A stretch of 64,000 nt of DNA, from NCBI GenBank assembly GCA_016177405.1, contig JACOVG010000027.1:14733-78732 (forward strand), written 5' to 3'. The position numbers and the translations under genes are program-made. This stretch comes from Candidatus Omnitrophota bacterium. GTDB taxonomy: Bacteria; Omnitrophota; Gorgyraeia; 1-14-0-20-64-10. Below are positions 49,771-58,417 of the stretch, in pieces (position 1 is the stretch's first letter; every line of letters starts with the position of its first letter). The notes under the pieces were generated by a model. It worked only from the letters and a program-made list of their open reading frames with translations, ran no database searches and was not told the origin of the DNA.

Positions 49771-50620
49771 GCCCCCATCGCCCCCCGCGGTTCTCCTGTG
49801 CGTGGGTCCGGAGAGCTGGCTTAAGGAACAGGCCGTCCGGCGCCTTCAAAAGGAGTGCTTGGCCCCCGGTTTTGAGGAGATGGATTTCGTCCGCTTCGGC
49901 GAGCCGCCGGAGGATGCAACCGAGCTCCTGGCCGTCTTGAGAACCCCGCCCTTCGGGTCGCCGTTCCGGCTGGTGGCGGCGGAGGGCTTTCTCACCCTGA
50001 ACGAGACCTCCGCCCCCTGGCTGGCCCCCTACGCGCAAAATCCCAATCCGAAAACACGCCTGGTGGTCTGCGCCCAAAAGGCCGCGCTGTCCGCTTCCGT
50101 GAGAGAGGGGGTTTCGTGGGTCAGCTGTGAGCCCTTGAGGGGAGAGGCCTTGAGGGCCTGGGTGATGGATCAGGCGAAGGCTCTGGGCAAACCGATCACG
50201 CCGGAAGGGGCCGCCCTTCTCACCGCGCGGTTGGGCGGCGAGCTGCAGACCCTGCGCGGCGCCCTGGAGGCATTGGCCCTTTTCGCCGGAGGGGCCCAGC
50301 GGATCGGCGAGGCCGACGTGGAAAAGCTTATCCTGCCCTCGGTTCGGGAGACCGCCTTCGACATCCTGGACCGGGCCGCCTCCGGCAAACCCGGCGCCGC
50401 CCTGGAGGTTCTAAGAATGTCGCTTCAGGAAGGGAAGATCACGATGGAGCAGATGATGGGGGCGCTGGGCTGGTATTACCGCAATCGGGCCGAACGCCTA
50501 AGCGGCGCCGAGCTTCGAAAGGCGCTCGCGGAAATCTTGGAAGCGGACCGCCAGCTGAAATTGAGCCACCCGGCCCCGGAGCTTCTCCTCGATCAGCTTT
50601 TGATTCGTTTGGCGAGTTGA
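49757..50620 (+). CDS. holA: DNA polymerase III delta subunit
   Basis: LCVGPESWL, TPPFGSPFRLV, ADRQLK; lptE-holA-rpsT synteny. Confidence 0.82.
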   Translation: MKTGKPPSPPAVLLCVGPESWLKEQAVRRLQKECLAPGFEEMDFVRFGEPPEDATELLAVLRTPPFGSPFRLVAAEGFLTLNETSAPWLAPYAQNPNPKTRLVVCAQKAALSASVREGVSWVSCEPLRGEALRAWVMDQAKALGKPITPEGAALLTARLGGELQTLRGALEALALFAGGAQRIGEADVEKLILPSVRETAFDILDRAASGKPGAALEVLRMSLQEGKITMEQMMGALGWYYRNRAERLSGAELRKALAEILEADRQLKLSHPAPELLLDQLLIRLAS

Positions 50621-50862
50621 CGGGCGAGCCTGGATTTCTTCCTGGAGGCGGTGTTGCGCGGGATGACCTTCTTTTGGGCGGCCTGATCCAGCTTCTTGAC
50701 CAGGAGTTGGAGAATTTGTTTGGCGGCGTCGGCCTCCCCCTTTTGGAGCGCCTCGGCAAACTTCCGGTGCGCGGTCTTGAGCTCCGACCGGACCGCCAGG
50801 TTCTTGAGCCTCCTCTTCCGGTCGGCCCGCACCCTTTTGGCCGCCGCGCGAATGTTCGGCAT
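50593..50862 (-). CDS. rpsT: 30S ribosomal protein S20
   Basis: MPNIRAAAKR...LDQAAQKKVIPRNTASRKKSRL. Confidence 0.93.
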   Translation of the reverse strand: MPNIRAAAKRVRADRKRRLKNLAVRSELKTAHRKFAEALQKGEADAAKQILQLLVKKLDQAAQKKVIPRNTASRKKSRLARQLAKRIKS

Positions 50863-50893
50863 AGACGAAGAACGTAGCACACCCAGCCGACCG

Positions 50894-52456
50894 ATGTCAA
50901 CGGCTCGCGATCCCCGGCGCCTTTTCAAAGCGGCCGGGACCATGGGTCTGGCCACGGCGGTCAGCCGTCTCCTGGGCTTCGCCCGAGACTGCCTGATCGC
51001 GGCGGCCTACGGAACCTCGGCCCCGGCCCAGGCCTTTGTGGTGGCCTTCCGGATTCCGAACCTCTTGCGGGATCTGGTGGCGGAGGGAGCGGCCAACTCC
51101 GCCTTTGTGCCGGTCTTCTCGCGCGTTCGCGCCCTGGAGGGGGAGGCCTCGTGGGCCGCTTTGTCTCGGGCCCTGTTCAGCCGTCTCTTCTTCGGTTTCG
51201 CGGCGATTTCCATTCTGGGGGTGTGGCTGGCGCCGTGGCTGGTGGCGGTGACGGCCCCGGGTTTCCGGTCCGACCCGGAGCTGGCTGCCCTGACGGTGAA
51301 GCTCACCCGGATCCTCTTTCCCTTTGTGGGCCTGGTGGGGATCTGGGCCTTTTTCATGGGGCTCTCTAACAGCCTCGACCGCTTCACCCTGCCGGCCCTG
51401 GGGCCCATCGTGCTGAACCTTTGCATGATCGGGGGCTTGATCCTCTTCAGGCCGGATGCCCTTGGGATTTCCTGCGGCTTGCTCCTCGGGGGAATTCTCC
51501 AGATCGCGATTCAGTGGCCGGCCCTTCACCGGGCCGGAGTGAGATTCCGGCTTCGGGTGAGGAGCCATCCCGGGGTCGAATCGATCGGCCGGATGATGGG
51601 GCCCAGGCTCGTGGGAAGCAGCGTTCACCAGGTGGGCGTGCTGGTGGACACGATCTTCGCTTCCTTCAAGGAGCTGGTGGGCGCGGGCGGCATCGCCACC
51701 CTTTATTACGCCCACCGGTTTCTGCATCTGCCCATGGCCCTCTTTGGGATTTCGATGGCCCAGGCGGCCTTGCCGGCCCTCTCGAGCCTGGCGGCCCGGA
51801 ACGATTCCGAGGGGGTCCGACGGACCACCGCCCTGGCGCTGCGCTCCTCCCTATTCGTCGCGGTCCCTTCCTGCCTGGGGCTGATCGCGCTGGCCCATCC
51901 CATCGTCGAGACCCTTCTGGAGCGCGGGGCCTTCACCCCGGAATCCACCCGGATGACCGTCGTGACCCTGCAGTGGTACGCGCTGGGGCTTACGGCCATG
52001 TGCACGGCCAAGGTTCTGACCAACGTCCTTTACGCCTTCCACGACACCTGGACGCCGGTCCAGTCGGCGGCCTTGGCGCTGACGGCCAACGTGGCGCTGA
52101 ACTTCCTTCTGGTCAAGCCGATGGGCTTGGCCGGCCTGGCGCTGGCCACATCGCTGGCCTCGGGCCTGAACAGCTGGCACCTCTACGCGAGGGTTCACCG
52201 GAGGATCGGCTCCCTGGAGGCCGGCCTCAAAAGCTGGGCGGCGCGGCTGACCGCCGCCTCGCTGGCGATGGCGGTCTGGGCGCGGCTCCTCTGGCCTGCC
52301 GGGCTTCGTTGGTTTGGAATCTCCGGCGCTCCGGCGGCCGCGGCGTGGCTGTTGGCGGTGATTGCCCTGTCGGCGGCGCTCTTCTTTGGGCTGGCCCTCC
52401 TGCTGAAGCTGGAGGAGGCCCAGGGGGTGGTCCGATGGCTCTTCAGGAAAAGCTAG
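50894..52456 (+). CDS. murJ: lipid II flippase MurJ
   Basis: SRLLGFARD, AFRIPNLLR..AEGA, ERGAF. Confidence 0.93.
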   Translation: MSTARDPRRLFKAAGTMGLATAVSRLLGFARDCLIAAAYGTSAPAQAFVVAFRIPNLLRDLVAEGAANSAFVPVFSRVRALEGEASWAALSRALFSRLFFGFAAISILGVWLAPWLVAVTAPGFRSDPELAALTVKLTRILFPFVGLVGIWAFFMGLSNSLDRFTLPALGPIVLNLCMIGGLILFRPDALGISCGLLLGGILQIAIQWPALHRAGVRFRLRVRSHPGVESIGRMMGPRLVGSSVHQVGVLVDTIFASFKELVGAGGIATLYYAHRFLHLPMALFGISMAQAALPALSSLAARNDSEGVRRTTALALRSSLFVAVPSCLGLIALAHPIVETLLERGAFTPESTRMTVVTLQWYALGLTAMCTAKVLTNVLYAFHDTWTPVQSAALALTANVALNFLLVKPMGLAGLALATSLASGLNSWHLYARVHRRIGSLEAGLKSWAARLTAASLAMAVWARLLWPAGLRWFGISGAPAAAAWLLAVIALSAALFFGLALLLKLEEAQGVVRWLFRKS

Positions 52457-53829
52457 CGAAGCTCCCGGACCGCCCCGGCGTCTACCTCTTCAAGGACGAA
52501 GCCGGGCGGGTCCTCTACGTCGGCAAAGCGGTCTCCCTGCGCAAGCGGGTCCTCTCCTATTTTCGCCGGCCTGCCGGCGGAAAGGTTTCGCGCCTCATCC
52601 GGGAGGCGGCCGATCTGGACTGGATCATCGCCGGCTCCGAGGCCGAGGCCCTTCTGGTGGAGTCCAGCCTCATCAAGGAGAAGAGCCCCAAGTACAACGT
52701 TCTGCTTAAAGACGACAAGTCCTATCCCTATCTCAAGGTGACGGCGGAGGAGGAGTTCCCCCGGCTCTTCATCGGGCGGGGCCGGCCGGAGCCCGGCACC
52801 AAGGCGATCGGTCCCTTCACCGAGGCGGCTCTTTTGAAGCAGGCCTTCCAGGCGATCCGCGGGGTGATCCCTTTTCGCACCTGCAGGACGCTGCCCAAGC
52901 GGGCGTGCCTGGATTTCCATTTGAGGCTTTGCCCGGCTCCCTGCGAGGGAAGGATAAGCCGGGAAGCGTACCGGCAGGGTCTCGAGCAGATCCTTCTCCT
53001 CGCGGAGGGGAAGAAGGAGAGGGTGGTGGATCTCCTTCGCGACCGGATGGAGGAGGCCTCCCGGGCCCAGCGGTACGAAGAGGCGGCCCGCTGCCGGGAT
53101 CAGATCTCGGGCTTGGCGGAGCTGACCGCCCGGCCCAAACGCTTCGCCCCCACCGAGGCGCTGGCCGACTGCGCCGGCCTCCTGCGGCTCGCCAGGGTTC
53201 CGCGGCGGATCGAGGCGTTCGACATCTCCAACCTCTTCGGCCGCGAGGCGGTGGGAGCCTGCGTCACCTTCCTGGACGGCAAGCCGTTCAAGCCCGGCTA
53301 CAAACGATTCAAGATCCAGACGGTCGCCGGCATCGACGATTACGCCATGATGCGGGAGGTCATCCGGCGGCACTTTCAGGATTTGGTGGAAGCCAAGAAG
53401 GGCCTGCCGGATCTGGTGGTGATCGACGGGGGCCGGGGGCACCTGAACGCGGCCCTGGAGGCGCTCGCGGAGCTCTCCCTGGAGCTCCCGGCCCTGGGGA
53501 TCGCCAAGGAGTTTGAGGAGATCTTTCTTCCGGGCCAACAGGAGCCCCTGCTTCTGCCGCCCCAGTCCAAGGTGCTCCAGCTGATTCAGCGCCTGCGGGA
53601 CGAGGCCCACCGCTTCGCGATCGGCTATCACCGGCTGCTCCGGGGCAAACGGGTCCTGCGCTCGGCCCTGGATGAGATCCCCGGGGTGGGCCCGCGCCGC
53701 CGCCAGGATCTTTTGGTCCGCTTCGGGTCGGTGGAGGCGGTTCGTCAGGCCCCGGTCGAGGAGCTGACCCAGGTGCGCGGCGTCTCCCAGATGCTCGCCG
53801 AGAGAATCCACCAGAAGCTGCGCCGATGA
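52435..53829 (+). CDS. uvrC: excinuclease ABC subunit C
   Basis: PGVYLF, YVGKA, KDDKSYPY, IEAFDIS, IDGGRG, RDEAHRFA, HhH. Confidence 0.94.
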   Translation: MALQEKLAKLPDRPGVYLFKDEAGRVLYVGKAVSLRKRVLSYFRRPAGGKVSRLIREAADLDWIIAGSEAEALLVESSLIKEKSPKYNVLLKDDKSYPYLKVTAEEEFPRLFIGRGRPEPGTKAIGPFTEAALLKQAFQAIRGVIPFRTCRTLPKRACLDFHLRLCPAPCEGRISREAYRQGLEQILLLAEGKKERVVDLLRDRMEEASRAQRYEEAARCRDQISGLAELTARPKRFAPTEALADCAGLLRLARVPRRIEAFDISNLFGREAVGACVTFLDGKPFKPGYKRFKIQTVAGIDDYAMMREVIRRHFQDLVEAKKGLPDLVVIDGGRGHLNAALEALAELSLELPALGIAKEFEEIFLPGQQEPLLLPPQSKVLQLIQRLRDEAHRFAIGYHRLLRGKRVLRSALDEIPGVGPRRRQDLLVRFGSVEAVRQAPVEELTQVRGVSQMLAERIHQKLRR

Positions 53830-54113
53830 GCCCCGGCTGGCAAAGCCAGGTGACGCCGTTTCAGCGGAGGGTGTACCTGGCGGTCCTCCGGATTCCCAAG
53901 GGACAGGCGCGCACCTACGCCCAGATCGCCCGGGCGATCGGCAAGCCCGGCGCTGCCCGCGCCGTGGGTCAGGCGCTCAAGCGCAACAAATGGGCTCCCC
54001 AGATTCCCTGCCACCGGGTGATCTCCTCCGGCGGCCTGGGCGGGTATTCCGCTCCGGGGGGATTGCGCCGCAAGCGCCGGCTCCTTCGCCTCGAAGGGGC
54101 GAAGTTAAAGTAG
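53826..54113 (+). CDS. MGMT-family DNA-alkyltransferase (C-terminal domain only)
   Basis: IPKGQARTYAQIA, ARAVG, IPCHRV. Confidence 0.85.
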   Translation: MSPGWQSQVTPFQRRVYLAVLRIPKGQARTYAQIARAIGKPGAARAVGQALKRNKWAPQIPCHRVISSGGLGGYSAPGGLRRKRRLLRLEGAKLK

Positions 54114-54177
54114 CATATAGCCAGATATATTTCCACACCCCGCGCTGCCCTTCAGGTATACTTTTTATCACCATCCC

Positions 54178-57100
54178 ATGAGAAGACCTACCGTTGCGCT
54201 GGCCACAGGCGCCTTTTTCCTTGCCCAACTCTTTGGGCCGGGGCCCTCCCATGCTCTCCGCCCGCAGCAGGACGTGAGGGTCGGCTTGGAGGAGGCGCTC
54301 GCGCCCGCCGCTGGGCTTGAGGAAACGGCGAAGGCGGCGAATATTATCCGAAAGAACCACCTGGTGGAGGGATTACGCGGAGGCGAGTCAGACGCGACGG
54401 TAGTTTCGGCCTTCCTGAATCAGATACGAAGGCCGCCAACGGATGCGATAGCCATCTCAAGGCCCCCCTTGTCTGAAGAGCCGTACCGGACCGGCCCCCT
54501 CCTGCGGCGGGAGATGGAGAAGGTATCGTGGGGCAGAAGCTACGATGAAAAATACTGGCTGCCGGCCTTGGAACTGGTTCTTCAAGCGGCGGCCAGGCGG
54601 TTGAAGGTCGCCCCCAAAGAGCTTGGTCTCGTGAGCATGAAGCATCTCATGAGGCATCTCTTTCATGCCCGCGATCTCCAAGGGGATCTTCTCATGGGGG
54701 AGGATTCCGAATTGGATCTCTTCCGCTGGGCCTACCGGGAGATTCCCCGGACGGTAGCGCCCAAGCTTGCCTCCGGGGAGATCGATTCAAAGAAGCTCCA
54801 CGACGCCCTCGCCAATCCCTTCAAGGATTCCAACGATCGAGGCAACGACCAGGTGCAGCAAGCGATCTTTGAGTTGATGAGGGAGCATCCCGAACGGTTT
54901 GTAGATGATCCGAAAGAGCTGAAGGATAAGCCGCTGGAAGAGCTCGCGCCGATCGTCGAATCCTGGGTTCGCTTGGCCCTGGCCGCCAACCGGGTGGATT
55001 ACAGCCGGCCGGTGGCCTTGAAAGAGATCGAGAGGGTAGGAGGTCTGATTCCCTTTGTGAGGCGGGGGTTAGACACCCCATTTCTCGAGGCGCTGGGGCG
55101 AGACAACTATCTTAAGGAATTTGTTCAGCAGACCCTCGTCGGCTCTCCCGAGGTCTTTTTGGTCTATCTCGCCGACAACAACGCCGAGCTGACCGCGAGC
55201 TTGAAGCTGGCAGAGGTTCTCTTGTCGGCCAACCCCAACCTGGAGATCGCCTTTGTGGTCAAGGAGGATAACGGCGTCATGAACGACGCCTCGCACGAGG
55301 ACGCCTGGAGGATGATTTCCCACCAGCGCGATGGGGTGCCGGACATCTACGAGAAGCTGCGCGGCTATTTTCCAGATCGGTTCAGACTGCTTAAGGGACC
55401 CGGCTCCCAGGGGCTTCCCCTCAACGCCTTGCGAGCGGATGTGGCCGAGGCCTTGAGAGAGGCGGATGTCATCCTGGCCGAAGGGGAGGCCAACACCTGG
55501 ACGTTGAACGGACTGGACAAAGAGAGAATCTATCTTGCCTTGCGGCTAAAACAGGAAACATGGACGCGCCTCGTGTGGGGCATCGGCAAGGAGATTCTTT
55601 CTGATGATAAGCTGAAGTCCGAACAGCCGCCCGTCTTCGTCCGGATCGATGGGGCCCAGGGGGCATACTACCAGAACCCGCTCAAGGACCCCGACGGGGA
55701 AAACCCTTCCTGGACCATCTTAGAGAACTTGGACCCCTTGAAGCCGGCCCACGCGGGCTTGGAGGAGAAGGTGGCGCGGATATTGCCCGAGCAAATACTC
55801 CGGCAAGATTTCGGGAGGGTAAGGGAGGTTTCCTTTTTAATGGGTGGAGGGCTCGCGGCCTCAACGGAGAAGGCGCGTTTCCTGAAGTGGGATTCTTTCG
55901 AAGGCGAGCCGAGGGTTTTTGGGCACGACTCTTTCAAAACAGTTGTTTTCAGCCGCGGCGGAAATACCATCGCTTACGTGCCTTTCGATCAGACTGAAAA
56001 TAAGGGAGTCTCGGTCTACGATCTCGCCGAAAGGGCTGGCCGATTCATCCGAGTGGAAGAAGCCCGGGGCCCTGTCTTTCAGGCGGCGCTCGATCCCGAT
56101 GGAAAGCGATTGGCCCTTCTGTTTCTCGGCGAACCTAAAACCAAGGGAAAACCTAAGATCAAACTTCAAGTGAGAAATTCCACAACGGGCGAGCTTGAGC
56201 ACGACCTTGATATTTCAACGAAAGGCAAAAAGGTGCCGCTCCTTTTTACTCCTGATGGAAAGAAGCTGATAGCGGGGGAGTTTTTGGGCGATAACCCAGG
56301 TACCTCCCTCCGGTTTCTGGATCTTGAAACGAAGAAGGTTCATCCCTTGGCAGGCTCTTCCTCCGGCCTGCTCCAGTCGCTCCAGGCCTCCGACACCGCT
56401 TTGGTGGCCGCGGTGGCCGATGCCGATGGCAGCCGGTTCTACGCGATGACTTGGAATCTTACGGGAAAACCCACATCTCCCCGCGCCTGGCCGTTAGATC
56501 ATTCGGCGAGGTCGGTGGCCCTAAGCCCTGATGGTCGAACGATTGCCACCGGTAGGATAGAAGGGGAAATCCACCTTTGGGAAGTTGGCACGGGAAAAAA
56601 GAAGGCGATCTTGGAAGGCCACACCGGCGAGGTTTCCGCGCTGGCCTTCAGCCCGGATGGCAAGCGGCTGGCCAGCGGCAGCCGCGACGCCACGGTCCGC
56701 CTCTGGGACCTCGCCGGGCTGGAGGAGACGGAACCCGGCGTGCCATCGGCGGATGTGCGTTCCGGAGTATTGTCTGTCTATGGAAAACAGGCCCAGGCGC
56801 GTCCGCTGACGGAAACGGAGCTAAGAACGCACGAAGATACGTTCCGTGGGTTGCTGGAGTTGATCCCCACCGACAAAGATCGAGAAACGGATTTTATGGA
56901 CAGGCTTTTGAAAGGACACGAAGGGCCTGATCCGGGTTTAAGCTTCGCGGTTTGGACAGGGGGGCGCCCCATCGCGGTGGCGATCTTGACGAAATCGAAG
57001 AATCCCCGCTATCAAAATCGAAAGGCGGTCGTTTTGGAAGATGTCGCGGTGCATCCGGACTATCAGAGGACCCCGATCGCGGCTTGGCTGCTTTACCAGG

Positions 57101-58161
57101 CGTTCGCCAACGCTGCGCAACAGGGTTATTCATACGCCCATTGGCTGACGATGAGCGGCGGCCCTCAAAAAGAGGGTTGGCCGAATAAGTGGCCCGGCGC
57201 GGAGCGATCCGTCCCATTCTACAGGAAGTTCGCCGCCGTCATCAGGGAGGTCCGAATCGGTGATGCGGCGGCCGAATTTCCTGGGTACGCTTTCAGGAAT
57301 CCACATCTGGAGTTTGAGCTGGAACTGCCGGCCGGACTTGGCCAGCTCAAGACCAGTTTCGACGAGAAATCGAAAGCGCTGGTTACCGTCTACGGCGACC
57401 CTTGGGGCGAAGGTGTTCTGGACATCAGTGTTGAAATTCCGGTTGAGCCGGGAGCGAAGCGATCCGAGTTAGAGCGATTGCGGGATACTGCCGCGGATCG
57501 CCTGCACGAAGCGTTTCGTCAAAGCGCGTTGGTTTCACAAACCTCCTTCACGCTGACCCGTTTAGACGACAGCCTTTACTTGAGAGACCAAAGCGATGAG
57601 GTGAGCATACCCAACATTCATTTGTGGGAGGCGATCAAGAATACGGTGGATGCCTTGGCGGACCGTGCCGACGTGGAAAACCGGAGAATAGACGGCACGT
57701 TGTACGTTCGCGTTAGACGAAGAGAGGATCGCTGGCGAATTGAGTTTTCGGATAACGGCATCGGCTTTCCGGAACCCCCTTCAGATGTGTTCCGTTATGG
57801 ACCGTCGGCGCCCAAAGACAAAGAGCGCCGCTTGGGTTCGTTGGGAATGGCGTTAAAGGAGGGGTATTACGGCAACACGTTTTTGGGGCGGCACAGCGGT
57901 TTGTTGGTGATCGACAGCACGGATCGAAATTACAACGGTAGGCGAATGGTCTATGACGCGGTGGAGAAGAATGTTTTTCAAGAGCCCAGCCAAAGGAATG
58001 GCGGAATAGGGACGACGGTCATTTGGGAGTTCGGACCTTTGGCTGCCGGGCTGGAGGAGCCGCGGGCGGAGGCCCTGCGGGATGCGGGGTCCCCGCAAGC
58101 CCTGATCCCGACGTTTTCCGAAGGACTCAAGCAGACGCTGGAGTTGGCGGATGACCCCTGA
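54178..58161 (+). CDS. GLEE-module exported protein (1327 aa): DUF89/ARMT1-like / WD40 propeller / GNAT + HATPase_c
   Basis: Leader ending SHA|LR; 5 xGLEE motifs; YLADNNAE, NDA, ADVILAEGEAN; GHTGEVSALAFSPDG...LWDL; AVHPDYQR; IKNTVDA, FSDNGIGF, GSLGMAL, GTTV. Confidence 0.82.
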   Translation: MRRPTVALATGAFFLAQLFGPGPSHALRPQQDVRVGLEEALAPAAGLEETAKAANIIRKNHLVEGLRGGESDATVVSAFLNQIRRPPTDAIAISRPPLSEEPYRTGPLLRREMEKVSWGRSYDEKYWLPALELVLQAAARRLKVAPKELGLVSMKHLMRHLFHARDLQGDLLMGEDSELDLFRWAYREIPRTVAPKLASGEIDSKKLHDALANPFKDSNDRGNDQVQQAIFELMREHPERFVDDPKELKDKPLEELAPIVESWVRLALAANRVDYSRPVALKEIERVGGLIPFVRRGLDTPFLEALGRDNYLKEFVQQTLVGSPEVFLVYLADNNAELTASLKLAEVLLSANPNLEIAFVVKEDNGVMNDASHEDAWRMISHQRDGVPDIYEKLRGYFPDRFRLLKGPGSQGLPLNALRADVAEALREADVILAEGEANTWTLNGLDKERIYLALRLKQETWTRLVWGIGKEILSDDKLKSEQPPVFVRIDGAQGAYYQNPLKDPDGENPSWTILENLDPLKPAHAGLEEKVARILPEQILRQDFGRVREVSFLMGGGLAASTEKARFLKWDSFEGEPRVFGHDSFKTVVFSRGGNTIAYVPFDQTENKGVSVYDLAERAGRFIRVEEARGPVFQAALDPDGKRLALLFLGEPKTKGKPKIKLQVRNSTTGELEHDLDISTKGKKVPLLFTPDGKKLIAGEFLGDNPGTSLRFLDLETKKVHPLAGSSSGLLQSLQASDTALVAAVADADGSRFYAMTWNLTGKPTSPRAWPLDHSARSVALSPDGRTIATGRIEGEIHLWEVGTGKKKAILEGHTGEVSALAFSPDGKRLASGSRDATVRLWDLAGLEETEPGVPSADVRSGVLSVYGKQAQARPLTETELRTHEDTFRGLLELIPTDKDRETDFMDRLLKGHEGPDPGLSFAVWTGGRPIAVAILTKSKNPRYQNRKAVVLEDVAVHPDYQRTPIAAWLLYQAFANAAQQGYSYAHWLTMSGGPQKEGWPNKWPGAERSVPFYRKFAAVIREVRIGDAAAEFPGYAFRNPHLEFELELPAGLGQLKTSFDEKSKALVTVYGDPWGEGVLDISVEIPVEPGAKRSELERLRDTAADRLHEAFRQSALVSQTSFTLTRLDDSLYLRDQSDEVSIPNIHLWEAIKNTVDALADRADVENRRIDGTLYVRVRRREDRWRIEFSDNGIGFPEPPSDVFRYGPSAPKDKERRLGSLGMALKEGYYGNTFLGRHSGLLVIDSTDRNYNGRRMVYDAVEKNVFQEPSQRNGGIGTTVIWEFGPLAAGLEEPRAEALRDAGSPQALIPTFSEGLKQTLELADDP

Positions 58162-58207
58162 CCCCAGGAGTTTTATTTTATAATAGAATATTGACTAATA
58201 TGAAATC

Positions 58208-58414
58208 ATGCGGTATGCTGGGAATGTGAATCAACGCCAGCGGGAAAGCGTAGCGAGGTACCTGTACGACTTAAGCAAGATAGTCTTTGCGACGGCCGTG
58301 GTCGGTAATCTCGTTGCTTGGGAGAACTTCAACGTGATAAACTTGGTCCTGGGTGGGATTACGGTGTGGGTATTCTTGAAATGGGGACTTTCCTTAGACG
58401 AGGAGAAGAGATAG
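58208..58414 (+). CDS. small two-TM hypothetical protein
   Basis: ARYLYDLSKIVF plus two hydrophobic segments; follows an AT-rich intergenic region. Confidence 0.5.
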   Translation: MRYAGNVNQRQRESVARYLYDLSKIVFATAVVGNLVAWENFNVINLVLGGITVWVFLKWGLSLDEEKR

Positions 58415-58417
58415 GTC

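Noticed and set aside
15422-52434. Long N-terminal extensions on KamA (15422), PurH (18997), FolC (20385), ComEC (46017), MurJ (50696) and UvrC (51421) that look like fusions
   Set aside because: They overlap upstream genes in other frames; family homology and plausible starts begin at 15824, 19378, 20952, 46446, 50894 and 52435.
24235-58059. GLEE DNA copies as a CRISPR array, integron attC sites or Chi-like GCTGGAGG sites
   Set aside because: Spacing is irregular and in frame, there are no palindromic attC structures and no cas or integrase gene in the window, and GCTGGAGG also occurs in ordinary L-E codons of housekeeping genes.
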